In this document: positions 37,218 through 51,177 of the stretch, piece after piece
Layout of the letters: each line of letters begins with the position of its first letter
How positions within the stretch are numbered: position 1 is the first letter of the stretch
Assembly (NCBI RefSeq): GCF_004010195.1
Contig: NC_057749.1
Coordinates: 26,735,438 to 26,788,980 of the forward strand
Direction: 5' to 3'
Origin: Chiloscyllium plagiosum
Taxonomy: Eukaryota
DNA: 53,543 nt
Translations under genes and position numbers: made by a program
Notes under the pieces: generated by a model
What the model saw: only the letters and a program-made list of their open reading frames with translations
What the model was told of the DNA's origin: nothing
The model's database searches: none

Positions 37218-40150
37218 TAGAACAAAGAAAAGTACAGCATACAGGCCCTTCGGCCCATGATATTGTGCCGAGGATTATTCCTAATCTAAAATAAAATAAC
37301 CTAACCTACACACCCCTCAATTCACTGCTCTCCATGTGCATGTCCAGCAGTCACTTAAATGTCCCTAACGACTCTGCTTCCACCACCACAGCTGGCAATG
37401 CATTCCATGCATTCACAACTCTGTGTAAAGAACCTACCTCTGATGTCTCTTCTATACCTTCCTCCTAATATCTTAAAACTATGACATCTTGTGCCAGTCA
37501 ATCCTATCCTGGGGAAAAGTCTCTGGCTATTGACTCTATCCATGCTTCTCATTACCTTGTATGCCTCGATCAGGTCACCTCTCTTCCTCCTTCTCTCCAG
37601 AGAGAAAAGTCCAAGTTTAGTCAAACTCTCTTTATAAGATAAGCCCTCCAGTCCAGGCAGCACCTGGTAAGCCTTCTTTGCACCCTCTCCAAAGCCTCCG
37701 TATCTTTCCTATGATTGGGTGACCAGAATTGGGCACATTATTCCAAGTGTGATCTCACGAGGGCCTGGCAAAGCTGCAGCAAAACCTCACAGCTCTTAAA
37801 CTCAAGCCCCTGTTAATGAAAACCTAAACACTATATGCTTTCTTAACAACCCTATCTACTTAGGTGGCAACTTTGAGGGATATATGCACTTGAACACTGA
37901 GATCCCTCTATTTCTCCACACTGCCAAGAATCCTGTCTTTAATCTTATATTCAACATTCAAGTTTGACCTTCCAAAATGCATCACTTCACATTTATCCAG
38001 GTTGAACTCCATCTGCCATTTCTCAGCCCAGCTCTGCATCCTCTCTATGCCACGCTGCAGCCTGCAATAGCCCTCAATACTATCAACGGCACCTCCAACC
38101 TTTGAGTCATTGGTAAATTTACTAACCCACCCCTCAACCTCCTCATCCAAGTCATGTATAAAAACTACACAGAGCCCAAGAACAGAGCCCTGCAGACACC
38201 ATTCACCACTGACATCCAGGCAGAATATATTCCATCTACAACTAATCTCTGCCTTCTGTCAGCCAACTAATTCTGAATCCAGACAACTAAATCTCCCTGT
38301 ATCCCATACCTCCTGACTTTATGAGTGAGCCTACCATGGGGAACCTTATCAAATGCCTTGCTGAAGTCCATATACACCACATCCACTGCTTGACCGTTGT
38401 CGACCTGTCTCGTCACCTCTTCAAAGAACTCAATAAGATTTGTGAGGCATGACCTGCCCCTCACAAAGCCATGCTAATTGTCTTTAATGCTTTTTCAAAT
38501 AGTCATAAATCCTATTCTTCAGATTTTTTCCAAAACCTTGCTGACCACAGACGTAAGACTGACTAGTCTGTAATTGCTAGGGATTTCCTTATTCCCCTTC
38601 TTGAAAATAGGAACATTCGCTTCCCTTCAATCCTCCGGTACGATTCCCCTGGAGTGTGAGGAAGCATAGATCTTTGCCATTCTCCATTCTCACTTCCCGG
38701 AGCAACCAAGGATAAATCTGGTCTGACCCTGGGGACGTATCAATCTTAATGTTTGCCAAAATTTCAATCTTGATCTGTTCAAGCCTGTTTCCCAGCTCCT
38801 CAAAGTTCCCATTCAGAACAAGGTCCCTTTCCTTTCGAAAACCAAAGCAAAAAACTCATTTAGGGCTTCCCCTATCTCTCAGACTTCACATACAAGTTCC
38901 CTACGCTGTCCCTGACCGGTCCTACCTTCTCCCTGATCATTCTCTTATTCCTCACGTATGAGTAAAATGCCTTTGGGTTCTCTCTAATCCTTCTTGCCAA
39001 GCTTTTATCGTGCCCCCTCCTGATTCTCCTCAGTCCATGTCTGAGCTCCTTTCTAGTAAGTCTGTAATCCTCTAAAGCTGTGCTAGATCCTTGCTCCCTC
39101 CACCTTACGTAAGCTGCCTTCTTCCTTTTGACGTGAAGTTCCTCTGTTCTCATCATCCAAGGCTCCTTAATCTTACCCCTTCTTGCCTGTCTCAGAGGAA
39201 CAAATTTGTGCATCGTTCGCAACAACTGCACCTTAAACAGTCTCCACGTGTTTGTTGTGCCCTTTCTGTGGAACAATTGCTCCCAATCTGTAATTCCCAA
39301 CTCCTGTCTAATAGCATCATAATGTCCTTTTCCCCAATTAAATATCTTCCCTTGGTAACTGCTCCTTTCCCTCTCCAAGGCTATGGTAAGCTATGGTAAA
39401 TGTGAGGCAGTTGTGATCACTGTCACCAAAGTGTTCTCCCACCGCGAGATCTGAGACCTGTCCTGGCTCATTGCCGAGAGCCAAATCCAAAATGGCCTCT
39501 CCCCTCGTCAACCTGTCTACATCCTGAATAAGGAAACCCTCCTGAACACACCTGACAAAAACGGCTGCATCCAAACCATTTGCACTCAGGAGGTTTCAGT
39601 CGATATTGGGAAAGTTGAAATCACCCATAACAACAACCCTGCTACATTTGCATTTTTCCAAAATCTGACAGCCTATGAGTTCTTCTATCTCCCGACTGCT
39701 TTAGGGGGTCTGTAGAAAACCCCAATGAGGTGGTTGCTCCCTTGCTGTTCCTAACTTCCACCCGTACTGAATCAGTAGACAAACCCTCCTCAACAATCTT
39801 TGCTTCTGTAGCTGTGATGCACTCTCTGATCAGCAATGCTACACCACCTCGTCTTTTTCTACTCTCCCTTTTCTTTTTAAATGTTCTAAACCCTGGAACA
39901 ACTAGCAACCATTCCTGCTTCTGCGAAACCCACGTCTCCGTTATGGCCACAACATCATAGTCCCAGGTACTGATCCATGCTCCAAGTTCATCACTCTTAT
40001 TTCTGACACTCCTTGTGTTAAAGCAGACACACTTTAACTGATCTCTTTGTTTCATCACATGAGAAATCTTCGGATAGATTCACTACATCCTGGACACTGC
40101 TCCATCTTCAATTACCCCTGTCTCAGATAAGTAGCTCTGGTTCCCACCAC
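37218..40150 (-). mobile_element. CR1 LINE ORF2 (endonuclease + RT), decayed
   Basis: LKCVCFNTRSVRNK, DVVAITETW, HFGDSDHN, RGRSCLTNLIEFFEEVT, DFSKAFDKVPHGRL. Confidence 0.92.
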
Positions 40151-40179
40151 GATTGCTGTATGCTGTGGCATTTCACATA

Positions 40180-41610
40180 TTCATCTAAATATTTCTTATA
40201 TGTTTTGAGGGTTCCTACCTCTATCACCAGTGAGGTTCAAATACCCACCATCATCTGGATGAAAAATACTTTCCTCAAATGCTCTCTAAATCTACTGCTT
40301 CTTATCTTAAAACTAGGGCTGCGGTGATTGATTCATCTGCTAAGAGGATAGGTTTCTCCCTGTCTCCACTACCCATGCCCCTCATAACCTTACACATCTC
40401 AATCTGGTCCTTCCTCAGCTTTCTGTGCTTCAAGGAAAACAACTCCAGTCTATCTAGTCGCTCTTCGTATCTGAATCGTTGCAGCCCAGATGATATCCTA
40501 GTGAATCTAATCTGCACACTCTCGTGTGCGATCACATTCTCCTTATTGTGTGACAATCATAACTGCATACAGCACTCCAGCTGTGGTCTGACTAACATTA
40601 TATACAGCTCCACCATAACCTCCTTACTCAATATTCAATGCCTTGATTAACAAAGGCAAGTATCCTTATTCACCTATTCTGTTGGCTTCAAGGATCAATG
40701 ATCAGGAAACCATAAGATATAGGAGCAAAATTAGGCAATTCAGCCCATCAAATCTGCACGACCATTCAATCACGGCTGATATATTTTGCAATCTCATTCT
40801 CCTTTTTCTCCATAACCCATGATCGCCCTTATTAATCAAGAACCTATCTATCGCCGTGTTAAATACACTTAATGACTTGGCCTCCACAGCCCTCTGTGTC
40901 AATAGGTTCTACAGATTATCCAACTCTGGTTGAAGAAATACCTTCTCATCTCAGTTTTAAAGGGTTATCCCTTCACTCTGAGGCCATGCCCTCAGGTTCC
41001 AGTCTCTCCAGCTGTTAAAAACATCTTCCCCACTCTACCCAAGGCCTCTCAGTTTTCTGTAAGTTTCAATCATGACCCCCCCACATCTTTCTATCGAGTA
41101 CAGATACTGAATCTTCAACCGCTCCTTATGTGACAAGCCCTTCATCCCCAGATCATATCAGAGAATGAGTGACGTGCTTTTTTTTTCAGATATTGGCAGA
41201 TTGGGCCAGAATATGTGCATGTACCACGGTCAGATAGTATGGGTCCTAGAACTTTCATTTCAAACATCAAGGAAACATCTTAGTGGTGACTGTTCAGTTC
41301 AGTGATGAATAATCACTTGGTTATCCCATGAAATACAGGAGGAACCAGAGAATGCACTGTGCCTGGGGACCTTCACTGGAACCTGCTGCTATCCTGAAAA
41401 ATACCTCATTATCCCTCCTCTCTGTCTTCTGGACCTGTATACCAAGGTCCTTCTGATCTTCTGTACTTCCTTGGGTTTTACCATCCATTGTGTACGTCCT
41501 TACCTTGTTGGACGTTCTAAAATTTAGCACTTTACACTTCTCAGGATTAAATTTTGTTTGCTACTGTTCAGCCCATCTGACCAGCCAGTCAATATAATCC
41601 TGTTATCTAA
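40180..41610 (-). mobile_element. Cluster of nested CR1 3' fragments
   Basis: RFTRISSGLQRFRYEERLDRLELFSL; a second CR1 tail starts near 40706; further fragment 41400-41610. Confidence 0.7.
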
Positions 41611-42199
41611 AGCTTTAAGGATAAACCTCTTGAGCGAATGAGGGGCAGTAATCAATCAAATGGGAGTCAGGTATTGTGACCATCCAAAATTAGATGGTCC
41701 ACTGATGCCTGGAGAATGGGAAATTGCCCTTCACAACAGGCACTGCCAGCCTCAAAGATGAAGACTGGAATCTTGACGGAGAAAAAGGAGAATGAGATTG
41801 CAAGCATAGCACTAAGAAGAACATTTTAAGTTTACAACAGTTACAAAAAAACACATCATTTGATCATCTATTTTATATTTAACCCACCTAACCAGCAAAC
41901 ATCCACAAGATTTGAAGGCATATTGTAGATGTTAGATACAGTATGTTTATCTGACTATCAAAGTGGGAGCAAGTTTTATTTCACAGGTTGTTTCCTCATA
42001 CTGACAGCACTGAACCCAATTCATATTTGGAAGAAAATAAACATGATTCTTGGATGCAACAAAATTGTTTGTTAAAACTTCAACCTCAAAAATGCCAAAT
42101 ATACACATTAAATATTTATAAATCTAATTGAAATGTATGCAAATAGAAAAGAAATATAGAAAGCTTACTTAAGGTTGTGGAGGCAAGTATCAGACAGGG

Positions 42200-44878
42200 T
42201 TTTAGAGGGCTACAAAGTAGCTAAGAAAGTGAAGATTGGATTAGGAGAGCTAGAAGGGGGCATGAGAAAGCTTTAGCAGGTAAAGGAAAACCCGAAGGTG
42301 TTCTACACATGTGAGGAAGGAAAAGTGAGGACTGCAGCTACTGGAGATCAGAGTCAAAGAGTGTGGTGCTGGGATAGCACAGCCAGTCAGGCAGCACCCG
42401 AGGAACAGGAGAATCAACATTTCAGGCATAAGCCCTTCATCAGGAATGAGGGTGAGTGAGGGGGGTAGACAGATTGAGGCAGTCAATGTCCCGGCAGTAA
42501 TTGGAAATGAAGAGATCAAGGGTGGGTACCAGACCAGGTGGATGGGGTGTGTTGGAGGCGGGAGGAGGGGTCCTCAGATGGTGGACAGGAATCCTAATTG
42601 AAAAAGTGAGCCCGGAGGCAGAAGAAATGTTCAATATCGCAACACGTGTTAAATTCATTGATCTGGGAGCATGGGGTGTGTGATGTGGGTGGGGGGGAGG
42701 TGAATGGGAGTGAAGGTGTGGCCTTTGCTGAAGACTGATCATTCATCCCTCAGTCAGGGAGCATGGTGAAAACACAGCAGGACTGAGAGCTAGGACCTGG
42801 TGTAGGCTAGAGCTGGGAGTGGGGGTGGAGACTGTCACTGGAGTGGGTGTGGTAATGTGATCAAGGGTGACATCACCAACAGAAGTGGCACTCATTCTGG
42901 GCATCAGGGGGGTTGGAATCGGTGCTGTGGGATCCGCGGAAGCGGAAGTAACATAACACATGACATGAGCGATGTTGTTGGTAGTGTTCAGGTGAGTGAC
43001 ATCTGTGGAGGTGGAAATGATTGCTGCAATCTTCCTGATGAAGGGCTTATGACTGAAACATTGATTGTCCTGCTCCTCGGATGTACTTTTACAGCACCAT
43101 ACTCTTCGACACTTATGTGAGGAACAACAGGATGGCCAGAGTTAGGGTAGGGCCAACCAGGGATAGTGTAGGGTACTTGCACCTGGAGTCGGAAGAAGTA
43201 GGGGAAGTCCTTAATGAATACCTTGCTTCAGGATTCACTACTGAGAGGGACCTTGACCTTTCCGAGAACAGCATGAAACAGACTGATATGCTTGAACAGG
43301 TTGATGTTAGGAGGGTGTGCTGAAAATTTTGAAAAACTTAAGGATAGATAAATCGCCTGGACCAGACAGGATATACCCGAGGTTACTACAGGAAGGAAAG
43401 GAAGAGATGCGTCTTTCACGATGATCTTTGAGTCCTCACTATCCAAAGTGCCAGCTGTTTAGAGGGTGGCAAATATTATTCCCTTGTTCAAGCAAGTGAA
43501 TAGGGATAATCCTGGGAATTACAGACCAGTCAATCTTATGTCCGTGTGGGCAAAGTAATGGAGATAAATCTAACAGAGAGGATTTATGATTACTTGGAAA
43601 ATCATAGTTTGATTACAGATAGTCAGCACTGCTTTGTGAGGGGCAGGTCATGCCTCACAAACTTTACTGAATTCTTTCAGGATGTGACAAAACACGTTGA
43701 TGAAGGTAGAGCAGTGGATGTGGTATACATAGATTTTAGCAAAGTATTTGACAAGGTTCCCCATGGTGGGCTCATTCAGAAAGTAGGGAGGCATGGGATA
43801 TGAGAAGACCTGTCTGTCTGGACACTGAATTGGCTGGCCCATAGAAAACAGAGGGTGGTGGTATGTGGAAAGTATTCAGCCTGGAGCTGGGGGACCAGTG
43901 GTGTTCCTCAGGGATCAGTTCTGGGACTCCTGCTCTTTGTGATTTTTATAAATGACTTGGATTAGGAAGTGGAAGGGTTAGGAAGTGTGCCGATGACACA
44001 AAGGTTGGTGGAGTTGTGGATCGTGTGGAGGGTTGTTGTGGGTTGCAACAAGACATTGACAGGATGCAGAACTGGGCTGATAAGGGGCAGATGGAGTTCA
44101 ATCTGGAAAAGTGTGAAGTAATTCACTTTGGAAAGTCAAATTTGAATGAATACAGGGTTAAAGGCAGGATTCTTGGCAATATGGAGGAACAGTGGATCTT
44201 GTTCATAGATCCCTCAAAGTTGCCACCCAGGTTGATAGGGTTGTTAAGAAGACATATGGTGTGTTGGCTTTCATTAACAGGGGGGATTGAGTATAAGAGC
44301 CACGAGGTTAGGCTGCAGCTCTATAGAGTCCTGGTTAGACCACACTTGGAAAATTGTGTTCAATTCTGATTGCTTCATTATAGGAAAGATGTGGAAGCTT
44401 TAGAGAGGGTGCAGAGGAGATTAACCAGGATGCTGCCTAGACATGCTTCACATGTCTTGTGAAGAAAGCTTGACGGTGCTCGGGCTTTTCTCATTGGAAC
44501 GAAGAAGAATGAGAAGTGATTTGATAAAGGTGCACAAGATGTTGAGAGGCGTACATAGGGTGGATAGCCAGAGACTTTTTTTCCCATGGCAGAAATGTCT
44601 ACCACAATGCGGCATCATTTTAAGGTAATTGGAGAAAGGTTTGGGGGAGATGTCAGAAGTAGGTCTTTTACTCGGAGAGCAGTGGGTACATGGAATGCAC
44701 TGGCAGCGGTGGTAGTAGAGTCAGATACATTAGGGATATTTAAGCCGCTCTTGGATAAGCACATGGAAGATAGTACAATGAAGGGTATGTAGGTTAGTCT
44801 GATCTTTGAGTAGGATAAAAGGCCAGCACAACATCGAGGGTCGAAAAGCCAGTACTGTGATGTACTGTTCTATGTTCT
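42200..44878 (+). mobile_element. CR1 LINE ORF2 RT region, interrupted by a Penelope-like insertion
   Basis: [55 protein letters not shown], tail ttctatgttcta. Confidence 0.9.
42319..43114 (-). mobile_element. Penelope-like (probably Neptune-type) fragment bracketed by inverted hammerhead-bearing repeats; 10-bp TSD ATGTGAGGAA
   Basis: TSD at 42309-42318 and 43115-43124; the minus strand encodes degenerate SVFSKGHTFTP...NEFNTCCDIEHFF.LRAHFF (PLE pre-RT LSKGLxF motif). Confidence 0.7.
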
Positions 44879-45189
44879 AAATATACAAATATGTACTTAC
44901 TGCTCAGCTGTTCCCATCGTTGAATCTGACTGCACTGCATCCCATCTGATAGACTATTAAATCAAAATGCAAGAAATGGAATATGTATTAATAGATGTTG
45001 CAAAACAGATAATGAATACATGTGAGTAATTATATGGCACTGCTCTTACTTATTATACATCATTTTACAATCTTCAGTTTGCCATCTGAATATGAAGATT
45101 AAATTTCTTGAAAATTGACTGAAATACTCTTCACATTTGAAGGTGACGACTTTTACAAGGGACAATCTTTTACTTGGCCAGGTATTCCA

Positions 45190-45472
45190 GAATAAAGGGT
45201 GACCAGGATTCAGGGTAGGCCATTTGAGACTGAGGTGAGGGGGGAATTTCTTCACTCAGTAGGTGGTGAGCTTCTGACATTTTCCATCACAGAAGGCTAT
45301 GGAAGCTAAGTCACTGAATATAAAAGAAAAAATTGGATTTCTCAGAACTTAAGGTGCCAATTGGTATGGGCGAGCAGGAGTTTGGCATGACATAGAGGAT
45401 CAAGCATGATCATGTTGAATGGTGAGTGATTTGATGGACCAAACAGCCTACTCCTGCTCCTATTTTCTATGT
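45190..45472 (+). mobile_element. CR1 LINE 3' end fragment
   Basis: gactgaggtgagggggaatttcttcactcag ... gcctactcctgctcctattttctatgtt tail. Confidence 0.7.
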
Positions 45473-48323
45473 TACCACCATCTAACTCTATCACACAGAC
45501 AGGTCTTCAATATTTTATTTTATATTGTACGCATCAGTCAGCAATTGTCACTGTCAGTTCTTCTTAGAAGTCACTGCAACCCAGACAAGTCCTATACAGC
45601 CAACCTCTACTCTTCAGAGACTGGCATTTCATCATGTCACACTTTATTTACAAATGCAGAGCCTTTGACAATAGCATTGCCTCTCACTTAGCCATTCTTT
45701 CCAGGGACCCAATATCCCTGACATTCATTCTTTTAAGTCATCCAGGTCTCTCTGATCAGATTGGATTCACAGCCCTAATTAGGGAACCCATATTCTATGC
45801 GCTCCAGCTGACTGACCTTGTTACAATCACTACATCCTGCCCCCTCTGAGTCCATAGTACAGAGCAGTCTGATTCATTTGACAGCCACCAGGGTTTTTTT
45901 AACAATATGTCAGGTTCCTCCAAACCGGAATTTCACAAAGAAGGCATGTAACTGACGGGAGTTTGCCTCTTGTACCTGCAGCACCTCAGTAATCTTTCAT
46001 TCCCTTCTTCTGGAGGCAGAAGCATCAAGGCAGCTACTTCTGTCATATCCATCTCTGATTCAGAGGACTTGACAATGTTTGATGCAGAGGATGAATCAAC
46101 AAGTTCCTGAAATATTTCATAAGGCTACGAAGAGCAAAACAAGTTTTGCTCCCATAGAGTCTGTAAATTTGCAGCTTTCAAATGGTCGATATTCTTATTC
46201 AATACAGTTGCACCCACCTGAACTTTACAAGTTACTGGTCCTGATGTCATGTTGATCATGTCTCTTACCTATGCAGGGCCATTTCCATGTTACCGGTAAT
46301 ATAAACATTGAAATGTTATAATGCCAACACCAAGCTCAAAGACTCGTTCTCAACTGTTGAATATTCTGCTGATGAATGTTCAATTCCCTGGAGAAATACA
46401 TGATAGGTCTTTCTAGTTTCTCTTCGTCTTCTTGCACGAACACAGCACCAACACCCACATCACTTGCATCAATAGCCAATTTGAATGGCTTTGTGTAATT
46501 AGGTGTGGCTAATATTGGGGCTGTCAAATGCCTTCTGAGAGTCCACTGAAACTTTTTGCCTTTCTTTAGCAATTCAGTGAGTGAAGCAGCCACACTGCTA
46601 AAATTTGATACAAGTTTTCGATAAAATCCATTCAATCCCTGGAACCGTAGTATTGCTCACTTTGTTCATTTTATGGGAAACTCCCCAATTACCTTTGTTT
46701 TTGCACCCCATGGGACCATTTGTCCATGTCCAATAACATGGCCCAGGAACGTGATTTGGGCTTTGGCAAATTCACTTTTAGCAGGTTTTTCACCAAGCCT
46801 GCCTTCAGAAGTCGAGTGAACAAGTCTGATAAATGTTGCAATTGTTTCTTCCATATCTGACTAAAGATCACCAGGTCATCGATATATTCAACACAATCGG
46901 GTAATCCAGCAATGAACTTCTTGGTTATTCTCTGAAATGTGGTTGGTGCATATTTCATTCCAAATGGCATGACTTTAAAGTGATACAGTCCATTCGGCAT
47001 TGCAAAAACTGAAACTGTCTTCACTCTTTCTGATAAAGGTACCTGTCAGTATCCTCCGAGCTAGTGCGACTTAGAAATATAAGTTGCTTGTCCCACCTTT
47101 TCAACGCAGAATCAGATATGTATCAGTCTTTGTAAATGCATTGGCTTTGCGATAGTCCACACATAACCGTTAGGTACCATCTGGTTTTGGCACCATTACT
47201 ATTGCTGAGTTCCAGTCACTTTAACTCACTTCGATTATGTTGTCTTGGAGAATTCATTCAATTTCCTTTTGAACCTGTGCCAACTTTACAGGATTTTGTC
47301 TATAAGGATGTTGCTTAATCAGAATACATCTCCTATATCTACATCATCCATAATTAGGTTAGTACTTCCCAGCTTATTTTCACATATCTCCCAATGTGAT
47401 AGCAATAACTCTTTCAGGTCATTTCAAAGTTCCGCTGGAAGGTAACCCAATAATTTTACCCAATTTTTGACAACTTCTTCATTGTCCAATTTAATTTGAG
47501 GAATGCCCAATTCAGAATCCTCTGAACTTGGTTCTTGCCTTTGTGTTATAACCAATAACACATTCTTCTATGGCCTCCCTTCCTTGTCAAAATACATTTT
47601 GAGCACGTTCACACGACACAATCTGTGAAATTTCTTTCTGTCAGGAGTCCTTATCAAATAGTTCACCTCACTCAATTTCCTTTCGACTTAATAAGGTCTG
47701 CTAAACCTTGCTTTTAAAAATTCACCTATCACTAGAAGTATCATTAACATCTTATCTCCGATAGCAAAATTGCAAGTTTTTGATTTCTTGCCTGCTTCCT
47801 GTTTCATTGTATGTTGTGAATGCTGTCTAGCCAACCCTTCCCCCTCCCCTCCCCACCCCGCTCTACTTAATCATCCCCGAAAATTTGACACATAGTCCAA
47901 GTATGTGGTCTCTGAATTCTGACTTACGAATCTCTCCTTAATTTTAGTGTAATGGAATTGCCTCTGGAAATCTAGTAGACACAACCATATTATTAACAAA
48001 TACTGATTCCCACTTTTTGTTTTAGGTAGGAGTCCTACGCAATCAATTAAGACTCTTGTGAAAAGTTCCTCAAATGCAGGAATAGATATTAAAGGTGCAG
48101 GTTTTATTATTGCCTGTAGTTTTCCAATTATCTGGCAAAATTCAACTGCATCCTTGTGCAGTCCAGGCCAGTAAAAATGTTTTTGTATTTTAGTTTGTAT
48201 TTTTCTCACTCCTAAATGACACACTAGAGATAGCTTGTGTGCCATTCATTACACCTTATTTCTATAATCCACTGGTAATACAACTTAATTTGAACTTCTG
48301 CTATTTCTCATCTGCCTGAATAT

Positions 48324-48770
48324 GTGATCATGATTTGGAGACGCCGGTGTTGGACTGGGGTGTACAAAGTTAAAAATCACACAACACCAGGTTATAGTCC
48401 AACAGGTTTAATTGGAAGTACACTAACTTTTGGAGCATCGCTCCTTCATCAGGTGATAGTGGAGGACTCAATCCTAACATACAGAATTTATAGCAAAAAT
48501 TTACAGTGTGATGTAACTGAAATTATACATTGAGAAATTGATTGTCTGTTAAGTCTTTCATCAGTTTGAATACCATGATAGTTTCAATTCTTTCATCTGT
48601 AAATCACAAAACCTTTTTTTAAAAGTTGCATTCTCAGGTTAGCTGTTAACAATGGGTGATAGCTAGACAATATGTTGAAGGTGTTAGCCCCCTGTGTTCT
48701 CTGTCTATGCCATGATGTTTAGATTGATTATAATCTAAAAAGTGAAATAACGGAGTTTTACATGAATGCA
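48324..48770 (-). mobile_element. Third Penelope-like terminal-repeat family inserted in the Gmr1 element, with hammerhead-like motif
   Basis: Minus strand CTGATGA-A-GGAGC-GAT-GCTCC-AAAAGTTA (48452-48424); the sequence is unrelated to the flanking pol/gag. Confidence 0.55.
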
Positions 48771-49914
48771 TTGATTTTGGAAGCCAAACTTTGACTTATG
48801 GATTACCAACTCATAATCATCAGCCATTTCAGCTGCTAATCTTGCTGTTTTAACTCTCTGCTCTTCCATATGAGTTCTCACTATTTCAGTAAGTGAATTT
48901 TTAAACTTCTCCAAAATAATTGTCTCTCTAAAAGCCTCATAGGTTTGCTCTATTTTTAATGCCCTTATCCACCTATCAATAATACTTTGTTTGATCCTTT
49001 CAAACCCAAAGTAGCTTTGATCCAGGTCCCTCCTTAGATTCCTGAAACGTCTGTAGGCTTCTGGCACAAACTCATCTACACTTAAGATGGCTTTCTTCAT
49101 TGCCTCATATGCCCCAGATACCTCCTCTGATAGTGGTACAAATACCTTACCAGCTCTACCTACAAGTTTTGTTTGGATCAGTAAAACCCACATGGTCACC
49201 TGCCACAGCATTTGTTTAGCCACCGTTTCAAATGAGATAAAAAAGGCTTCCACATCCTTCTCATCAAATTTAGGTAATGCTTGAACATAATTAAACAGTT
49301 TCTCACCAGGCCTTTGACTACCATGGTTTGCTCATCCTCACTAAACTTACCTTCAGCCTTCATCTTCATCCTGTTAAGCTGGCTTTCCTATCTAAGTGCC
49401 AATTTCTGAAGTTCAAACTCCCTCTCTTTCTTCCTTTCATCTCAATCTCTTTCTCGCACTTCTCTCTCTCGTTCTCTTTCTCCCTCCTCTCTTTTGCCTC
49501 TTTCCTCTGCTTCTAATTGTAAGTTCTTGTCTTTTGCCTCTAACTCAAGTTGCTTCATTTTAAATTGAATTTTAGCCATCTCTAAAGATTATGATGATGT
49601 TTCAATCAAATTTAAATGCTGAGCTATTGCTATAATTGTCTCTCCTTTCCTCGAGGAAGGAAGCGGCTCCAGCTTGTCTGCTAATTCCAGCAGCTTGGCC
49701 TTAATCACCTTTTGCAAAACCCCAAGGTCACTTCTCCCAACCTCAGAAAACTCTTGGTGATTGAAAGAGCCATTGCTTTCCCAAGCACTGTTTAAACCAA
49801 CCGAATTCAAAACCCAGAACAAAAGACACTAACACCTACCACTCGCTGCCTTCTAATCCAACAACCTAATCCCAATTTGGAACTATAAATAAATCTCGCA
49901 GAGAGTCCCCAATC

Positions 49915-50437
49915 TGTTATGGACCAGGCCAGACCCCCTCAAAACATTTCAAGGAAGTGGTCCAGACCCTAACTTTGCTAGTTGGACGGATACAGTTGGT
50001 CAAACCATGTAGTTTTAAGCAAAACACAATTTATTTAGAAGATTATCAAATGAAACACAAATGAAAGAGAACAGAAAACCGAATAACGTAACTGATCCAA
50101 AAACCCAACAAATTATACCAACTTAATGATGCTGTTCCCAATAATTGCAACAATCCCTATAAACACCCCTTGGCACTAAAGATAAGATCAAACCCAGGGT
50201 CTTACAGGAGAGAAATCAGAGACAGGAGCATCATCCTGGATCTGCTTCTTTGGGTGGATCCGGCAGCCTTTTCAACACTGCTGCTAAAAACCAAACCAAA
50301 TCAAACTGGTAGCTATAATCAAACTGGCCCTAAACCCCTTCAACACAGACTTTTCGGAGTCTGTGTCTTTTACAACCATCCTGAGAAAAAGAAACCCAAT
50401 GACAACATAACCTCGTTAAAGGAACACCTTTATCACA
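49915..50437 (-). repeat. 5' LTR of the Gmr1-like element
   Basis: Minus strand TGTGATAA...ATAACA termini, followed by the degenerate tRNA-Pro-like PBS TTGGGGACTCTCTGCGAGAT (~49912-49893). Confidence 0.65.
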
Positions 50438-50690
50438 GTATCTAGTGAGGCTATAGGCTGTTTCTTCAGTCCAGCTTTCAAAGTTTGGACCACTCTTTCT
50501 GCAGGCCATTAAATAATGGGTGGTATGGAACTGTCATAACCTGCATATCTTTGGATTGTGGGAGAAAACCAGACCACCCAGAAGAAACCCATGCAGACAC
50601 AGGGAGAAAATGCAAATAAAACAACTAGCAAAGTTAGGGTTTGGGTTACCTTCTTGAAATGTTTTGAGGGATCTGTCCTGGTCCATAACA

Positions 50691-51177
50691 AAACCAAGGT
50701 AGGACTTACAAAGTAAATGGTAAAATCCTGAGGAGTGTTGTGGAACAGAGGAACCTAGGAATACAAGTATATAGTTCTTTGAAAGTGGTGCCACAGGCAG
50801 ACAGGGTGGTGAAGAAGGCATTTACAATGCTGATCTTCACTGATCGAGGCACTGAGTATAGGAGTTGGGACGTTATGTTACAATTGTATAAGTTGTTAGC
50901 GAGGCTGCACTTGGGAATATTATGTACAGTTTTGGTCACCCTATTATAGGAAAAACAGTCAAACTGGAAAGAGTGCAAAGCAGATTTACAAGGATGTCGC
51001 CAGGACTAGTTGGCCTGAGTTACAGGGAGAGGTTTGCCAGGATAGGACTTTATTGCTTGGAACATAGGAGACTGAGAAGTGACCTTATTGAGCTGTTTAA
51101 AATCATGACGGGCATAGTATGGACGAATGCATATAGTCTTTTTCCCATGGATCGGGAATTGAAAGCTAAAGAGCATA
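50691..51177 (+). mobile_element. CR1 LINE 3' fragment cut off by the ERV LTR
   Basis: LQLYKLLARLHL, KLERVQSRFTRM, RLRSDLIELFKIM; similarity ends abruptly at 51177. Confidence 0.8.

Larger units (their letters stand above)
46300..50437 (-). mobile_element. Gmr1-like Ty3/Gypsy LTR retrotransposon (5' LTR, PBS, SCAN-like gag, integrase, RT, RNase H), decayed and 3'-truncated
   Basis: Order on minus: gag 49820-48780, integrase 48245-47871 (HLGVRK...FYWPGL, IDCVGLLPK), RT 47024-46689 (MPFGMK, YIDD), RNase H 46635-46336 (LAIDASDVGVGAV). Confidence 0.85.

Noticed and set aside
45900..46290. Possible second Gypsy integrase C-terminal fragment on minus (SGPVTCKVQVG...NIDHLK)
   Set aside because: Only one short motif; not enough for a feature without a search.
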